DNA of 64,000 bases from Flavobacteriales bacterium (GTDB lineage Bacteria > Bacteroidota > Bacteroidia > Flavobacteriales > BACL11). The notes below the pieces were generated by a model, which saw only the letters and a list, made by a program, of their open reading frames with translations, had not been told where the DNA came from and made no database searches. The stretch covers positions 15,711 to 79,710 of the forward strand of contig JAOHSR010000001.1 in NCBI GenBank assembly GCA_028122735.1, in the 5' to 3' direction. The position numbers and the translations under genes were made by a program. Below, piece by piece: positions 36,992-48,706 of this stretch (positions are counted from its first letter, which is position 1; each line of letters begins with the position of its first letter).

Positions 36992-39808
36992 TTGTTTTTG
37001 ATTACTCGAATTCTATTAATTTTTTCATGTTTTGTTTTTAGTCAGCAAAGCATCCATTCTCAAACTACTATTCGTGGTATGGTTAGCGATGCAATTTCTG
37101 GCGAACCCTTAATAGGCGCTACAATAATTTATGGAAAAGGTAAAGGAGTTGTTTCCGACTTAGAAGGGAACTACTCTTTTTTGATTAACCAAGGAGAGCG
37201 TAATTTAACGATTTCCTATGTTGGCTATAAACCACTTTCCAAAACAATATCTGTAGGAAAAACATCTGCTGTACATAATTTTAAATTAAAAACTCTATTG
37301 CTAAATGAGGTTCAAGTCTTAGTTGATTTGGCAAAGGAAAGAGAAACTCCAGTTGCTTTTTCAAGCATTCCAATAAAGAAAATTTCTGAGGAATTAGCCT
37401 CTCAAGATATTCCGATGATTTTAAATTCTACGCCAGGAGTTTATGCTACTCAATCAGGTGGTGGAGATGGAGATGCTAGAATTACAATAAGAGGATTCAA
37501 TCAAAGGAATGTTGCTGTGATGATTGATGGAATTCCGGTAAATGACATGGAGAATGGCTGGGTATACTGGAGTAATTGGTTTGGTTTAGATGCAGTAACT
37601 TCTAATATTCAGGTTCAAAGAGGATTAGGGGCATCAAAAATTGCAATCCCCTCTGTTGGAGGAACTATGAATATACTTACAAAGGGTACAGGAAATAAAT
37701 CGGGTGGAACCATAAAACAAGAGCTAGGTTCTTTTGGTAAATTACGAACATCACTTGGGTATAATACTGGTAAATTAAAAAATGGATGGGGCCTAACTTT
37801 GGCAGGCTCATACAAACAGGGTAATGGTTTTGTTGAGGAAACTTCAACCCAAGGTTTTTTTTACTATACAAAAATTCAAAAAGAATTAGGTAAACACATA
37901 TTAAGTTTTTCACTTATGGGTGCTCCTCAAAAGCATGGGCAGCGTTCATATAAAAGTGATATAGCAACATACGATACAAGCTTTGCGAGATCACTTGGGG
38001 ATACATCTAGTTTTTCTAATCGAATTGTAAATAAAGGAATTCAATATAATAAACATTGGGGCTTTTTAGATAGATGGACACTAAATTCTAATGGAGATAC
38101 TTTACACTCTAACGAAACATTAAACACCAAACAAAATTATTATCATAAACCACAGTTTTCACTACGAGATTTCTGGACAATTAACAAAAGATTACATGTT
38201 TCTAATATTGCTTATTTATCAATAGGAAACGGAGGAGGAACTGGTCTAAGTGGTAACTCCAGTAATTATGATGAATTAGGAAGATATAATTTGCAGGAAG
38301 CTTATGACCTTAATGTGACTAACATTGATCCATTTTACTCTAACGAAAACAAATCAGAAACATATCTTAGGAGCTCAGTTAATAATCATTTTTGGTATGG
38401 CTTATTATCTACAGTTAATTTTAAAAGTACTGAGAGAATTAATTTATCAGGAGGTATTGATATAAGGTATTATAAGGGGGAACATTACAGAGAGGTATAT
38501 GATTTATTAGGAGGTGACTATGCAATTGATGATGCTAACGGTCTTCAAACTTCTCAGGTGAAAAGAGGAGGTGATAAGGTGGGATATCACAATGACGGTA
38601 TAGTTAAGTGGATTGGTGGATTTTCTCAAATTGAATATAGTGATGGAAAAATAAGTGCTTTTGTTAATTTGTCTGCGGCTAATTCTGCATACAAAAGAAT
38701 TGATCATTTTAAAAAGAAGGATCTAGTTTTAGCAGATACTATATTTTCTGAGGCTTTGGGGACATCTGTAAGTACAACATATCAATTTGATGAATCGGGT
38801 AATATAATTGGTGCCGAAAAATCAATGATTGAAGATACTATTTTTTATAATGGTCAATTTTATACTATGAACTCCAATGAAGCAAGATTAGCAGAGACAT
38901 CGTGGAAATGGATTCCTGGATTTACTTTGAAATCTGGTATGAATTATAATATTGATGATTTTCATAATGTTTTTATCAATCTTGGATATATTTCCAAATC
39001 TCCAAGATTTAATAATGTTTATGACTACAGTAATCAACTTTATAGAGACATTAACAATGAGAAAGTAGTTGCCGCTGAGGCTGGTTATTCTTTTAGATCC
39101 TCAATCTTTTCAGCTAATGTAAATACGTACTACACATCATGGCAAAATAAACCATCGAATGGTGGTGTAAGCGTTATGATTGATGATGTAACATACAGAG
39201 CCAATGTAAATGGTATGGATGCACTTCATAAGGGAATAGAGCTAGATTTTATATATAAGATCCAGCATAACTTGAGTGTCGAAGGTTTATTATCTCTTGG
39301 AGATTGGAAATGGAATTCTGCAGATACTGTTAGATTTTTAGATGATAATAATAATCCAATTTTAGACGACTTTAACAATGAAATTATAGCCACATTTGAT
39401 GCAGTCGGAGTTCATGTTGGTGATGCTGCTCAAACTCAATATGGTCTTAGTATGAGATATGAACCAACATTTAACTCTTATATTAAACTTAGAGGAACTT
39501 TATTTGATAATTATTATTCTGATTTTGACCCTTTATCTTTAAATGGAGAAAACGCACAACGTGAGTCTTGGAAAATACCATCTTATACTTTGTTTGATTT
39601 ACATTGTGGTTATAAAATTAAACTTACAGATAAGAATAAACTTAATTTACGATTTAGTATTTTAAATATTTTAGATGAAATGTATATTTCTGATGCACAA
39701 AATAATGACCCGTATAATGCTAACTATCAAGATTTTGATGCTAAATCTGCAGGTGTTTTCTATGGCTTAGGAAGACGCTTTAATTTATCTGCAACTATAA
39801 ACTTTTAA
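36992..39808 (+). CDS. TonB-dependent outer-membrane receptor with CarboxypepD_reg-like N-domain
   Basis: 938 aa with a TTG start and a signal peptide. Contains IRGMVSDAISGEPLIGATII, the plug segment ITIRGFNQRNVAVMIDGIPVND, and a C-terminal beta-strand ending in RFNLSATINF. No SusD-like gene follows. Confidence 0.85.
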   Translation: MFLITRILLIFSCFVFSQQSIHSQTTIRGMVSDAISGEPLIGATIIYGKGKGVVSDLEGNYSFLINQGERNLTISYVGYKPLSKTISVGKTSAVHNFKLKTLLLNEVQVLVDLAKERETPVAFSSIPIKKISEELASQDIPMILNSTPGVYATQSGGGDGDARITIRGFNQRNVAVMIDGIPVNDMENGWVYWSNWFGLDAVTSNIQVQRGLGASKIAIPSVGGTMNILTKGTGNKSGGTIKQELGSFGKLRTSLGYNTGKLKNGWGLTLAGSYKQGNGFVEETSTQGFFYYTKIQKELGKHILSFSLMGAPQKHGQRSYKSDIATYDTSFARSLGDTSSFSNRIVNKGIQYNKHWGFLDRWTLNSNGDTLHSNETLNTKQNYYHKPQFSLRDFWTINKRLHVSNIAYLSIGNGGGTGLSGNSSNYDELGRYNLQEAYDLNVTNIDPFYSNENKSETYLRSSVNNHFWYGLLSTVNFKSTERINLSGGIDIRYYKGEHYREVYDLLGGDYAIDDANGLQTSQVKRGGDKVGYHNDGIVKWIGGFSQIEYSDGKISAFVNLSAANSAYKRIDHFKKKDLVLADTIFSEALGTSVSTTYQFDESGNIIGAEKSMIEDTIFYNGQFYTMNSNEARLAETSWKWIPGFTLKSGMNYNIDDFHNVFINLGYISKSPRFNNVYDYSNQLYRDINNEKVVAAEAGYSFRSSIFSANVNTYYTSWQNKPSNGGVSVMIDDVTYRANVNGMDALHKGIELDFIYKIQHNLSVEGLLSLGDWKWNSADTVRFLDDNNNPILDDFNNEIIATFDAVGVHVGDAAQTQYGLSMRYEPTFNSYIKLRGTLFDNYYSDFDPLSLNGENAQRESWKIPSYTLFDLHCGYKIKLTDKNKLNLRFSILNILDEMYISDAQNNDPYNANYQDFDAKSAGVFYGLGRRFNLSATINF

Positions 39809-39817
39809 CTTACAACT

Positions 39818-41956
39818 ATGAAAAAAATACAACTAATTTTCACTTTAATGTTATTGTCTCAATTAACCTATACTCAAGATATATTAACTGCAAGATCACA
39901 AGGAGTTGGGGCGAATGTAACGGTAACTGGTGTTATAACTAACGGAGACGAATTAGGCTCAATTAGATATATTGAAGATGCTACTGCCGGCTTGGCTTTA
40001 TATGATTTAACAACAAATGTTTTATTAAGCAGTTGTGTTCGTGGAGATAGTATAACTGTTTCTGGAACTTTGGTTGACTATAATGGATTATTAGAACTTA
40101 ACCCAACCTCTGCAGCTTTTATTCATTCAAATGGAAATACTTTACCAACACCTCAGAATGTAACTCCAAATCAAATTGGTGAAGCAACGGAATCTGAATT
40201 AGTTCAAATTGATAATGTCATTTTTAATTCTGGGGGTTCATTATTCACTGTTGGCACACATGATTTTACATCTAACTCTCAATCCGGAAAGATTTATATT
40301 CGATCTGGTCAGCCTTTAGAGAATTCTTTAATTCCTTCTGGCCCAGTAACTTTAATTGGAATTTCTTCTCAATATACTTTTTTCATTCCAGCAAATGATG
40401 GTTATCAAATTCTTCCTAGAGATTCATCAGATATTATACAATCTGGTAATATTATCTTAACTTCAGGTATTACTCAGACAAATATTACCAACAACAGTTT
40501 TGATCTAAGTTGGAGCACTTCAGATTCAGCAACCACTGAATGTAATTACGGACTCACTCCTGCATTAGGAACTGTCGCTAGTAATCCTATTAATCAGATG
40601 AACCACTCAATTAGTTTAACTGGATTACAGTCTGCTACATTTTACTATGCTCAGTGTTTTTCTGTTAGAGGATTAGATACGGCTTTTTCAAATATGGGAA
40701 TTTATTCTACCGCATCAAATTCATCAGGAATAATAAGGCCATATTTTAATCATAGCATTGATAATTCTGTTTCAACAGGAGTTAATGCTCAGAATATAAC
40801 ATCATATTTTAATGATACGATTAAAGCATATATTGATAGAGCAGATAGCACTTTAGATATTTGTGTTTATAATGCATCTGATGCTTTAATTGGATCTGCA
40901 ATTAATGATGCCTATAATAGGGGAGTACAAGTCAGATATATTGCTGATGATGATGTGGTTAACTCAATGCTTAATAGCTTAGACCCAAATATTCCAATTA
41001 CATACAGGACTCCAATTCCAGCAGCTGGAATTATGCATAATAAGTTTTTAGTTATAGATGCAAATTCAGTGAATAATTCTTGGATAATGACAGGATCCAC
41101 AAATTGGACTAACCCAAGTAATTTATTTAATGATTATAATAATTTGATTTTTGTTCAAGATCAGGCTTTAGCTCGTGCTTATACATTAGAATTTGAAGAA
41201 ATGTGGTCTGGAGTTTTTGGTTCAAATAAAGAAGATAATACTCCACATGATTTTAATGTTAATGGAAAACATATGGAATTGTATTTTTCACCCTCTGATC
41301 AGACTACTAGTCATATTTTAGAATTTATCAATTCTGTTGATTATACATTAGAGTTTGCATTGCTTGAATTTACAAGAGATGATGTTGGAGACGCTATAAT
41401 TGACATTCATAATAATTTTGGCACTAATGTTAGAGGTATTATAGAATCTACAAATTCTCAGTATAGTGAATTTTCTAATCTTGATAATGCCGGCGTAAGT
41501 GTCAAATCTCACTCTGGAATTCCTAAATCAATTCATCATAAATATGCTATAGCTGATGCTGATATTACTGCCTCAGACCCAATGCTTTTAACTGGTTCCC
41601 ACAACTGGAGTAATAATGCCGAAAATAATTCTGATGAAAACACGCTAATCATTCATGATCATGCTACTGCTAATATATACCTTCAAGAGTTTACTAAAAG
41701 GTTTAACGAACTTGGTTCAACATCAACAATACATGATTTTATTAAAATTGATGTTAATGTTTATCCAAACCCTTCGATGGGAGAAATTAATATACAGTCT
41801 AAACTAGATATATATAGTATCAATGTGTATCAAGAAGACGGTAAGTTAATCAAGAATACAAACGAAAAAAACTTTTATTTAGAAGGTAATAAAATATATT
41901 TTCTAAAAATATTTACTGATTCTGGGAATATTGTGAAAACAGTATTTGTAAAATAA
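39818..41956 (+). CDS. T9SS-secreted phospholipase D-superfamily enzyme (two HKD motifs; Nuc-like nuclease or phosphodiesterase) with N-terminal OB-like and FN3-like modules
   Basis: 712 aa with a signal peptide. The two HKD motifs are MHNKFLVIDANSVNNSWIMTGSTNWT and IHHKYAIADADITASDPMLLTGSHNWSNNAENNSDEN. An FN3-like segment reads NSFDLSWSTSDSATTECNYG. A T9SS C-terminal domain occupies roughly 41753..41953 (VNVYPNPSMGEINI...). Confidence 0.75.
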   Translation: MKKIQLIFTLMLLSQLTYTQDILTARSQGVGANVTVTGVITNGDELGSIRYIEDATAGLALYDLTTNVLLSSCVRGDSITVSGTLVDYNGLLELNPTSAAFIHSNGNTLPTPQNVTPNQIGEATESELVQIDNVIFNSGGSLFTVGTHDFTSNSQSGKIYIRSGQPLENSLIPSGPVTLIGISSQYTFFIPANDGYQILPRDSSDIIQSGNIILTSGITQTNITNNSFDLSWSTSDSATTECNYGLTPALGTVASNPINQMNHSISLTGLQSATFYYAQCFSVRGLDTAFSNMGIYSTASNSSGIIRPYFNHSIDNSVSTGVNAQNITSYFNDTIKAYIDRADSTLDICVYNASDALIGSAINDAYNRGVQVRYIADDDVVNSMLNSLDPNIPITYRTPIPAAGIMHNKFLVIDANSVNNSWIMTGSTNWTNPSNLFNDYNNLIFVQDQALARAYTLEFEEMWSGVFGSNKEDNTPHDFNVNGKHMELYFSPSDQTTSHILEFINSVDYTLEFALLEFTRDDVGDAIIDIHNNFGTNVRGIIESTNSQYSEFSNLDNAGVSVKSHSGIPKSIHHKYAIADADITASDPMLLTGSHNWSNNAENNSDENTLIIHDHATANIYLQEFTKRFNELGSTSTIHDFIKIDVNVYPNPSMGEINIQSKLDIYSINVYQEDGKLIKNTNEKNFYLEGNKIYFLKIFTDSGNIVKTVFVK

Positions 41957-41959
41957 ATT

Positions 41960-43600
41960 TTATGTTGTTTTAAAAATACCCTCTACTTTTTTAGCAAAGT
42001 ACATTAAGTAAAGGAAGCATATAACAGTTACCCAATAAGAACTATGTATTCCAATAATATCTGCTAATTTTCCTTGAATAGGAGGTATAATTGCTCCTCC
42101 AAGTATCATCATAACTAAAAATGCCGAGCCTTGAGATGTGAATTTACCTAGCCCCTTAATGCTAAGCGCAAAAATAGAAGGCCACATAATAGAACAAAAT
42201 AATCCTCCACTTAGAAAAGCAAAAATTGCAACCGTTCCACTTGTATATAGGCCAAGTATCATTGCAATTACACCAAAGAGCCCAAAAGTTTTTAAGGTTA
42301 ATGCAGGCTTGTCTTTCCCAATGAAAAAACCGGCAATTTGAATAGCTACACAAATACCAAAAGCAAAAAGATGTTTTACTTCAAAACCTGAAATTGCATT
42401 TACTGATAAGACTACTCCAAAAGCAACATATGGTACAATTATATACAGCCACTTTTTTAAAGTATTTGACGGATTGAAAATTGCAATTGCTCCAGTCCAT
42501 CTTCCAATCATTAACCCTCCCCAGTACATTGAAATATAAGGGGCAATTTGAGTGTCATTTAGCGCACCAAATGCTTCTGTTTTTAAAAGTTCCCCTAAAT
42601 TACTCTGAATAGAAACCTCAACGCCTACATAAGTAAAGATTGCTAACATTCCTAAAACAAGTTGCGGGTATTGCATTGCTCCCCAACCATCTGCATCTTT
42701 TTTGGCTAAAAAATTAGATAAAAATAACCCTCCTACTACAACCGCAAGACTTAATAGAGACAAATTTAGTATTAAAGAATCGGATTCTTCGCTTAGAGAC
42801 TCTCCTTCACCTAAACCAACATATTGGTTAAAAACAAAGTAAAATATTATTATTAAAAGAATAGTTATTGTTATTAATGATGTCATGGCTTTTGATGCAC
42901 CTAAAAAACTTGCATCTTCTTTTCCTTCAGGTAATTTTTTTGAAAAATGAAATAATGCTGCAGCTGCTAAAAATAAAACTCCAACAGCAATATATAAATA
43001 CTGCACAACAGTAAGGGAAATATTGTCATTTGCAATTTCAGAAACTAAATCAATATTTGCACTAGCTGCTGTACCAAACAATGCTAAGGAAACAACAATA
43101 GGACCGATTGCAGTTCCAAAAGAATTAACTCCACCAGCAAGATTAAGTCTATGAGATCCTTTATCAGGATCACCTAATGAGATTGCAAAAGGATTTGCAG
43201 CCGTTTGCTGTAATGAAAACCCTAGTCCAACTATAAAAAGGGCACCTAAAATATAATTAAAGGTAGTTGAATCTCCATGAGAAGCTCCATTTACTGCCAT
43301 TACCATAGCACCTGCACCTAAGGCTGAAAGTATAAGGCCTTTTACAATACTACTTTTAAATCCCCATGAATTCATAATATCAGTATTTCTGAGACTTGAG
43401 GAAATAAATAAAAATAAGGCGCCAATATAATATGCTCCATAAAATGCGAAATCAATTAACTGACTTTGAAATTGATCTAAACTAAAATATGTTTTGCAAA
43501 ATGGAATAAATACTCCGTTACTTGCCGCAATAAATCCCCAAAAGAAAAATACTGTTACTAAGGTTAATAATGCCTGTTTATAATTTTTATTTTCACTCAT
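41960..43600 (-). CDS. MFS sugar transporter of the FucP / glucose-galactose (NagP-like) family
   Basis: 546 aa with at least 12 hydrophobic helices. The N-terminus [18 protein letters not shown] resembles FucP-family transporters. The substrate is inferred from context only. Confidence 0.7.
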   Translation of the reverse strand: MSENKNYKQALLTLVTVFFFWGFIAASNGVFIPFCKTYFSLDQFQSQLIDFAFYGAYYIGALFLFISSSLRNTDIMNSWGFKSSIVKGLILSALGAGAMVMAVNGASHGDSTTFNYILGALFIVGLGFSLQQTAANPFAISLGDPDKGSHRLNLAGGVNSFGTAIGPIVVSLALFGTAASANIDLVSEIANDNISLTVVQYLYIAVGVLFLAAAALFHFSKKLPEGKEDASFLGASKAMTSLITITILLIIIFYFVFNQYVGLGEGESLSEESDSLILNLSLLSLAVVVGGLFLSNFLAKKDADGWGAMQYPQLVLGMLAIFTYVGVEVSIQSNLGELLKTEAFGALNDTQIAPYISMYWGGLMIGRWTGAIAIFNPSNTLKKWLYIIVPYVAFGVVLSVNAISGFEVKHLFAFGICVAIQIAGFFIGKDKPALTLKTFGLFGVIAMILGLYTSGTVAIFAFLSGGLFCSIMWPSIFALSIKGLGKFTSQGSAFLVMMILGGAIIPPIQGKLADIIGIHSSYWVTVICFLYLMYFAKKVEGIFKTT

Positions 43601-43607
43601 TTTAATT

Positions 43608-46532
43608 TTATTTTATAGTTATTTCATCAACAAAAATCCAAGTTTTGCCTCCAGCACCTAAATGCCAATCTGGGCAAATTCCATAATTTTCTGCTTTAAT
43701 TTTTATATACCTAGCTTTTAAATTTTTAACATTCAATTTAAAGTCCTTTTGTAAACTTCCTTCAATATTGTTAGGAAAGTTTGCTAATACTTTTCCTTGA
43801 TATGTATAGTTTTCACCATCAAGCGAGCTCCAGTAATCTACTTGTTTTGGATAAAAGATCCACGACCTAACATCTTGATGACAGCCCAAAGATATTGAAT
43901 TAATTTTTTTCACTTTACTAATATCAACTATAACATTTAAATCTTCTCGGTATCCTTGCCAGTTTCCTGTCCTGTAATTATTTCCACCTCTTAGCTGATC
44001 AATTAATGTTTTATCTCCTGCTGCTGCATATTGATTGGCATATGTGCTTAGGATTTTAATTTTCTTACTATCGTCTCTAGGGAAGTATTCACTAGTAACA
44101 GTCTTACTTTTAATTTTGTTTTTTTGGGCATAGCTAGAAATTATACTTTGTTCATTTATAATTATTGGTTTATCATATTTTTTATATTCACTATTATTTA
44201 AAGAATAAAATATATCCGATCCATCCACAGTCCCAAGTACAACGGTATGTCTTTCAACAAATGTTTGACTTGACGCAGAGAAAAAAGGTACTGCTACAAT
44301 TTGATGTTTTGTTATTTCAGAAACAGGTATATCATCTCCTCCCCACTTGCTAGGCTTATTTCCCATAATAAAATCAAGCTCACCTCCATTTAAAATTGTA
44401 GAGTGATGTAAAAAACTTTTGTTGTACTCCTGCCCATTTAATTTAGCCGCTTGAATGTAGATGTTTTTATCAGAAACATTTTTTGCTTTTATTATAAAAC
44501 TATTATTATTTTCTAAATTAATTTTTGCTCTTTTGAAAAGAGGAGTTCCTATTGTATAGTAATCATGTCCTGGTGTTACTGGATAGAAGCCAAGACTACT
44601 TAAAACATACCATGAAGACATTTGCCCACAATCTTCATTCCCCGACAAACCATCTGGGTGTTCAGAATACTGTTCATTCAGAATTTTAGCTATATACTTT
44701 TGTGTTTTAGCTGGTTTACCAATATAATTATAAAGATAGGCCATGTGGTGACTTGGCTCATTTCCATGTGCATATTGTCCAATTAAGCCAGTTACATCTG
44801 GCTGGTGCCTTCCAGTTGTTTTAATTTTAGAAAGAAACATACTGTCGAGATGTTTTTCATAATTTTCTTTGCCTCCTTTCAAATCGATATGTCCTGAAAT
44901 ATCCTGAGGTGTGAATAAAGAGTATTGCCAGGCATTAGCCTCAGTGTAGTTGAAATTTACTTCCTCAGGCTTAAAAGGTCCAAACCAAGAGAATGCATTT
45001 TTACCTCTAAAGAAACCTGATTTTGGATCATATAAATTTTTATAATATTGAGCTCTTTTATAGAAAATTTCTGCAATCGAATCTTGACCGAGAGAATCTG
45101 CCATGATAGCAATACACCAATCATCATATGCATACTCAAGATTTTTTGAAACTGATTCCGGTTCATCACTTGCTTTAATAAATCCATTTTTCTTGTATGC
45201 TACTAATCCAAATTTGTCATTTTGAGCGGAATTTATCATAGCTTCAAGAGCTAAATTAGCATCCCAATCTCTTATTCCTTTAATATACGCATCAACTATA
45301 ACTGGTATTGCGTGATATCCAATCATACAATCTGTATAATTTGCTGCTAATTCCCAGATTGGTAATCTTCCGCCATCTTGATATTGTCGTAACAATGTTC
45401 TAATAAATTCATTTGTTTTTTCAACATTAATCATTGTAAACAAAGGATGAGTGGCACGAAAAGTATCCCAAAGTGAGAAAATGGTATAATGCTTATCTTC
45501 TGTAGAATGTTTTTTAAAATCCATACCTAAATAATTTCCATTTAGATCATTATAGGTATTAGGATTTAATGAAGAATGATACAGTGCTGTATAAAAAATT
45601 TCTTTTTTAGATTTTGAATTTGTTGTGATCTCTATTTTTTTTAATTCATTTTCCCAAATGTTTTGAGCTTCTGTTTTTACCTTTTCAAAATCCCAATCAC
45701 TAATTTCACTAAGATTCCCAATAGCTCCGTCAATGTCAACAGCAGAAATTGAAGCTTTAATTTCTAAGGGTTCTGAAATTTTGCCAAAAGCAAGAGCAAG
45801 TACATTCTTTTCATTATTAAATCCTTCATAATCACTATTGAGTTCAGCATCTGATGTTATTGGATTTAAAAAAGGAATAGAAAATTTAAGTATAAAATAA
45901 ATTCTTTGATCTCGCGCCCACTCTGTCGAATGTCTAAATCCAGTAATTGTTTGACTATCAATTATATTGATTTTATAATCAAGCAGTTTATCTCTGTGTT
46001 TAAGGTCTAGAATTACATTTGCATCTTCGTTTTTTGGATAGGTATATCTATGCACACCTGTTCGAATAGAGCTTGTGAGTTCAACATTAATACTATAATC
46101 ATCTAGTAGAACTTGATAATAACCAGCTTGTGCTATTTCATTTTTATGTGAGAATTTTGATGCATAACCAAGATTATTAATTGGAGCATTATTAATTTTT
46201 GCTTCATCTACTCCATTGGTTAATTGTATTTTTCCAGTTGTAGGCATTAACAAAACATCTGCATAGTCAGAGATTCCTGTTCCGCTTAGATGTGTGTGTG
46301 AAAATCCGTAAATAATAGAGTCTGAGAAATGATAACCCCCACAACCGTCCCACCCTTCTAGCCTTGTGTCAGGACTAAGTTGAACCATTCCAAAAGGAGC
46401 TGAAACTCCTGGGTAAGTGTGGCCATGACCACCAGTTCCAATAAAAGGATTAACATATTTTACTAAATTTTCTTTGTTTTCTTGACATGAAATAAGAAGA
46501 ATAGATAGAAGTATTAAATAAGTTTTTTTCAT
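43608..46532 (-). CDS. GH92 alpha-mannosidase lipoprotein with C-terminal discoidin/CBM32-like module
   Basis: 974 aa with lipobox LLISCQEN. Carries the GH92 hallmark [29 protein letters not shown] and [12 protein letters not shown]. The last ~146 aa resemble a galactose-binding-like fold. Confidence 0.88.
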   Translation of the reverse strand: MKKTYLILLSILLISCQENKENLVKYVNPFIGTGGHGHTYPGVSAPFGMVQLSPDTRLEGWDGCGGYHFSDSIIYGFSHTHLSGTGISDYADVLLMPTTGKIQLTNGVDEAKINNAPINNLGYASKFSHKNEIAQAGYYQVLLDDYSINVELTSSIRTGVHRYTYPKNEDANVILDLKHRDKLLDYKINIIDSQTITGFRHSTEWARDQRIYFILKFSIPFLNPITSDAELNSDYEGFNNEKNVLALAFGKISEPLEIKASISAVDIDGAIGNLSEISDWDFEKVKTEAQNIWENELKKIEITTNSKSKKEIFYTALYHSSLNPNTYNDLNGNYLGMDFKKHSTEDKHYTIFSLWDTFRATHPLFTMINVEKTNEFIRTLLRQYQDGGRLPIWELAANYTDCMIGYHAIPVIVDAYIKGIRDWDANLALEAMINSAQNDKFGLVAYKKNGFIKASDEPESVSKNLEYAYDDWCIAIMADSLGQDSIAEIFYKRAQYYKNLYDPKSGFFRGKNAFSWFGPFKPEEVNFNYTEANAWQYSLFTPQDISGHIDLKGGKENYEKHLDSMFLSKIKTTGRHQPDVTGLIGQYAHGNEPSHHMAYLYNYIGKPAKTQKYIAKILNEQYSEHPDGLSGNEDCGQMSSWYVLSSLGFYPVTPGHDYYTIGTPLFKRAKINLENNNSFIIKAKNVSDKNIYIQAAKLNGQEYNKSFLHHSTILNGGELDFIMGNKPSKWGGDDIPVSEITKHQIVAVPFFSASSQTFVERHTVVLGTVDGSDIFYSLNNSEYKKYDKPIIINEQSIISSYAQKNKIKSKTVTSEYFPRDDSKKIKILSTYANQYAAAGDKTLIDQLRGGNNYRTGNWQGYREDLNVIVDISKVKKINSISLGCHQDVRSWIFYPKQVDYWSSLDGENYTYQGKVLANFPNNIEGSLQKDFKLNVKNLKARYIKIKAENYGICPDWHLGAGGKTWIFVDEITIK

Positions 46533-48706
46533 TGTATTATAAATTCATCAATAAATACCCAGCTGTTTGATCCTGCAGCTGGATGTCGTTTTGGTAAAGT
46601 TCCATAATTTTTTGCCTTAAGTCTTACATATCTTGCGGATTGTTCACCATGATAACTAAATTGTTCTTTAAATTTCCCTTCTTGCATTGGATTACAAATC
46701 TGATCTTTATAAAATATTCTGGAGAATGTTTCTCCATTATCAGAAACAAGATACTCAATAGACTTAGGAAGTAAAATCCAAGAAAGATGATACTGAAAAT
46801 AAGATGAGCTTAATTCACTAAATTTGGTTTTTTCTCCTAAATCAATGATGACATCAATATTTGTTCCATAAAATCCTTGCCATTGTCCATCTCTAAAGTT
46901 ATGCTTACTTCCTGCTATTCCATTTACTAGTGTTTTTTCTTTATCAGCTTGATAGCTTGGGTTATAATTTGTTTTATAAATAGTTTTTTTATCAAGTCCT
47001 TTATGGAAATTAAATTCTAAGTTTTTAGTGGCCACTACTTTTCTTTTTGAATTTTTCTCTTTAACTATTAGATTTGTATTTTTTTTGAATTTTAAAGGCA
47101 CTAAATAATCTTTCCATCCTTGATTATTTAAATTATATTCTAGATTCATTTTTGAGTTTCCTTTTTCAACACTAACAATAAATTCATTTTCTTTAAATGT
47201 AGAGTTAAATTTTATAGGGGTCTTTTCATAACCATAATTAACGCCAAGTCTATCAAGTTTAGGATAATGTTTTTCTACGCGATTTGAAAACCCTGTGTAG
47301 TCTTTTTCTTTTTCAGACCAAAGAACTTCACTCATTGCTAAAATTCTTGGAAATACTTTGGAGTCAATTAATTCTTGAGGCGCTCTCTCACTCCACATAT
47401 TGCATTCTCCACCGATTATAAATTTACTCTCAGATTGAGTAAGCTGCTGTGGTATTGGTTCAAATGAATATACTTTTTCAAGATCAATAGCGTCTAGCTC
47501 ATAATCAAAATAGCAATGTGAGGTTGGTGACATTATTGCTTGGTTTTGATTTTTTGCAGCAATAATTCCACCCTCCATTCCTCTCCAAGATTGAATAATG
47601 GCATTTTCTGGAATACCACCTTCAATTATTTCATCCCAACCAATCAATCTTTTATTTTTAGTTTTTAAAAAATCACCTATTCTTTTTATGAAGTAAGATT
47701 GTAGCTCATGCTCATCTTTAAGATTGTTGTTAATTATTCTTTTCTGACACTTAGAACAATTTTCCCAGTGATATTTTGGAGCTTCGTCACCACCAATATG
47801 AATATATTTTGAAGGAAAAAGTTCAATGACTTCTTCTAAAACATCTTCAAGAAAAGTGAATACACTATCATTCCCCGCACAATAGATATCCTTAAAAACA
47901 CCCCAATCAGCTTCTACTTTAATAGAATCTCCTGTGCACGATAAGTATGGGTATGATGCTATAGCAGCAATACTATGGCCCGGAAGTTCAATCTCAGGTA
48001 TGATTTCAATTCCACGATTTTCAGCATATAATACTATTTCTTTTATGTCTTTTTTTGTATAAAAACCACCATATTTTTCTCCATCTTTATTTTCTCTCCA
48101 CGCTCCAATTTCTGTAAGCTTCGGATATTTTTCAATTTCAATTCTCCAACCTTGATCTTCTGTTAAATGCCAATGTAGAATATTCATTTTATGAAAAGCT
48201 AAAAGGTCAATATACCTTTTTACAAAATCTTTTTGCATGAAATGACGGCAGCAGTCTAACAATAATCCTCTCCATTTAAATCTAGGGAAGTCGTGAATTT
48301 CTAGGCAATTGATACTGATTTTTTTTGAAGAAATATTCTCATATATTGGTACAATTTGCCTCAAACTTTGGATTCCATGCATAATACCATTAGGCGAAGA
48401 TGCTTCAATGATAATTTGATTTTCTAAAATTTTTAAAAAGTATTCTTCTTTTAAAAGCAGATTGTTTTTTTTGAAGTAGACAGTATTTTTTTCTTTTACA
48501 TCTTGAATTGAAAATATTTTTTGAAAATATTTTTTTTCTCTTACAAATAAGCTATCACTAATTATTTGAGTATTTGAACTCCAATTGTAAAAACCCTCAT
48601 TTAAAATCATCTTTACAGGTTGGGGGATAATTGTTGGATTGGATACCACTATCTGTTTATCTTGACATGAAAGCAAAAGCAATAAAAAAAATAGATATCT
48701 AATCAT
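46529..48706 (-). CDS. GH20 beta-N-acetylhexosaminidase lipoprotein with C-terminal discoidin/CBM32-like module
   Basis: 725 aa with lipobox LLLSCQDK. GH20 motifs are HWHLTEDQGWRIEI and HIGGDE (the catalytic D-E pair). Its stop overlaps the GH92 start by 4 nt. Confidence 0.88.
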   Translation of the reverse strand: MIRYLFFLLLLLSCQDKQIVVSNPTIIPQPVKMILNEGFYNWSSNTQIISDSLFVREKKYFQKIFSIQDVKEKNTVYFKKNNLLLKEEYFLKILENQIIIEASSPNGIMHGIQSLRQIVPIYENISSKKISINCLEIHDFPRFKWRGLLLDCCRHFMQKDFVKRYIDLLAFHKMNILHWHLTEDQGWRIEIEKYPKLTEIGAWRENKDGEKYGGFYTKKDIKEIVLYAENRGIEIIPEIELPGHSIAAIASYPYLSCTGDSIKVEADWGVFKDIYCAGNDSVFTFLEDVLEEVIELFPSKYIHIGGDEAPKYHWENCSKCQKRIINNNLKDEHELQSYFIKRIGDFLKTKNKRLIGWDEIIEGGIPENAIIQSWRGMEGGIIAAKNQNQAIMSPTSHCYFDYELDAIDLEKVYSFEPIPQQLTQSESKFIIGGECNMWSERAPQELIDSKVFPRILAMSEVLWSEKEKDYTGFSNRVEKHYPKLDRLGVNYGYEKTPIKFNSTFKENEFIVSVEKGNSKMNLEYNLNNQGWKDYLVPLKFKKNTNLIVKEKNSKRKVVATKNLEFNFHKGLDKKTIYKTNYNPSYQADKEKTLVNGIAGSKHNFRDGQWQGFYGTNIDVIIDLGEKTKFSELSSSYFQYHLSWILLPKSIEYLVSDNGETFSRIFYKDQICNPMQEGKFKEQFSYHGEQSARYVRLKAKNYGTLPKRHPAAGSNSWVFIDEFIIQ

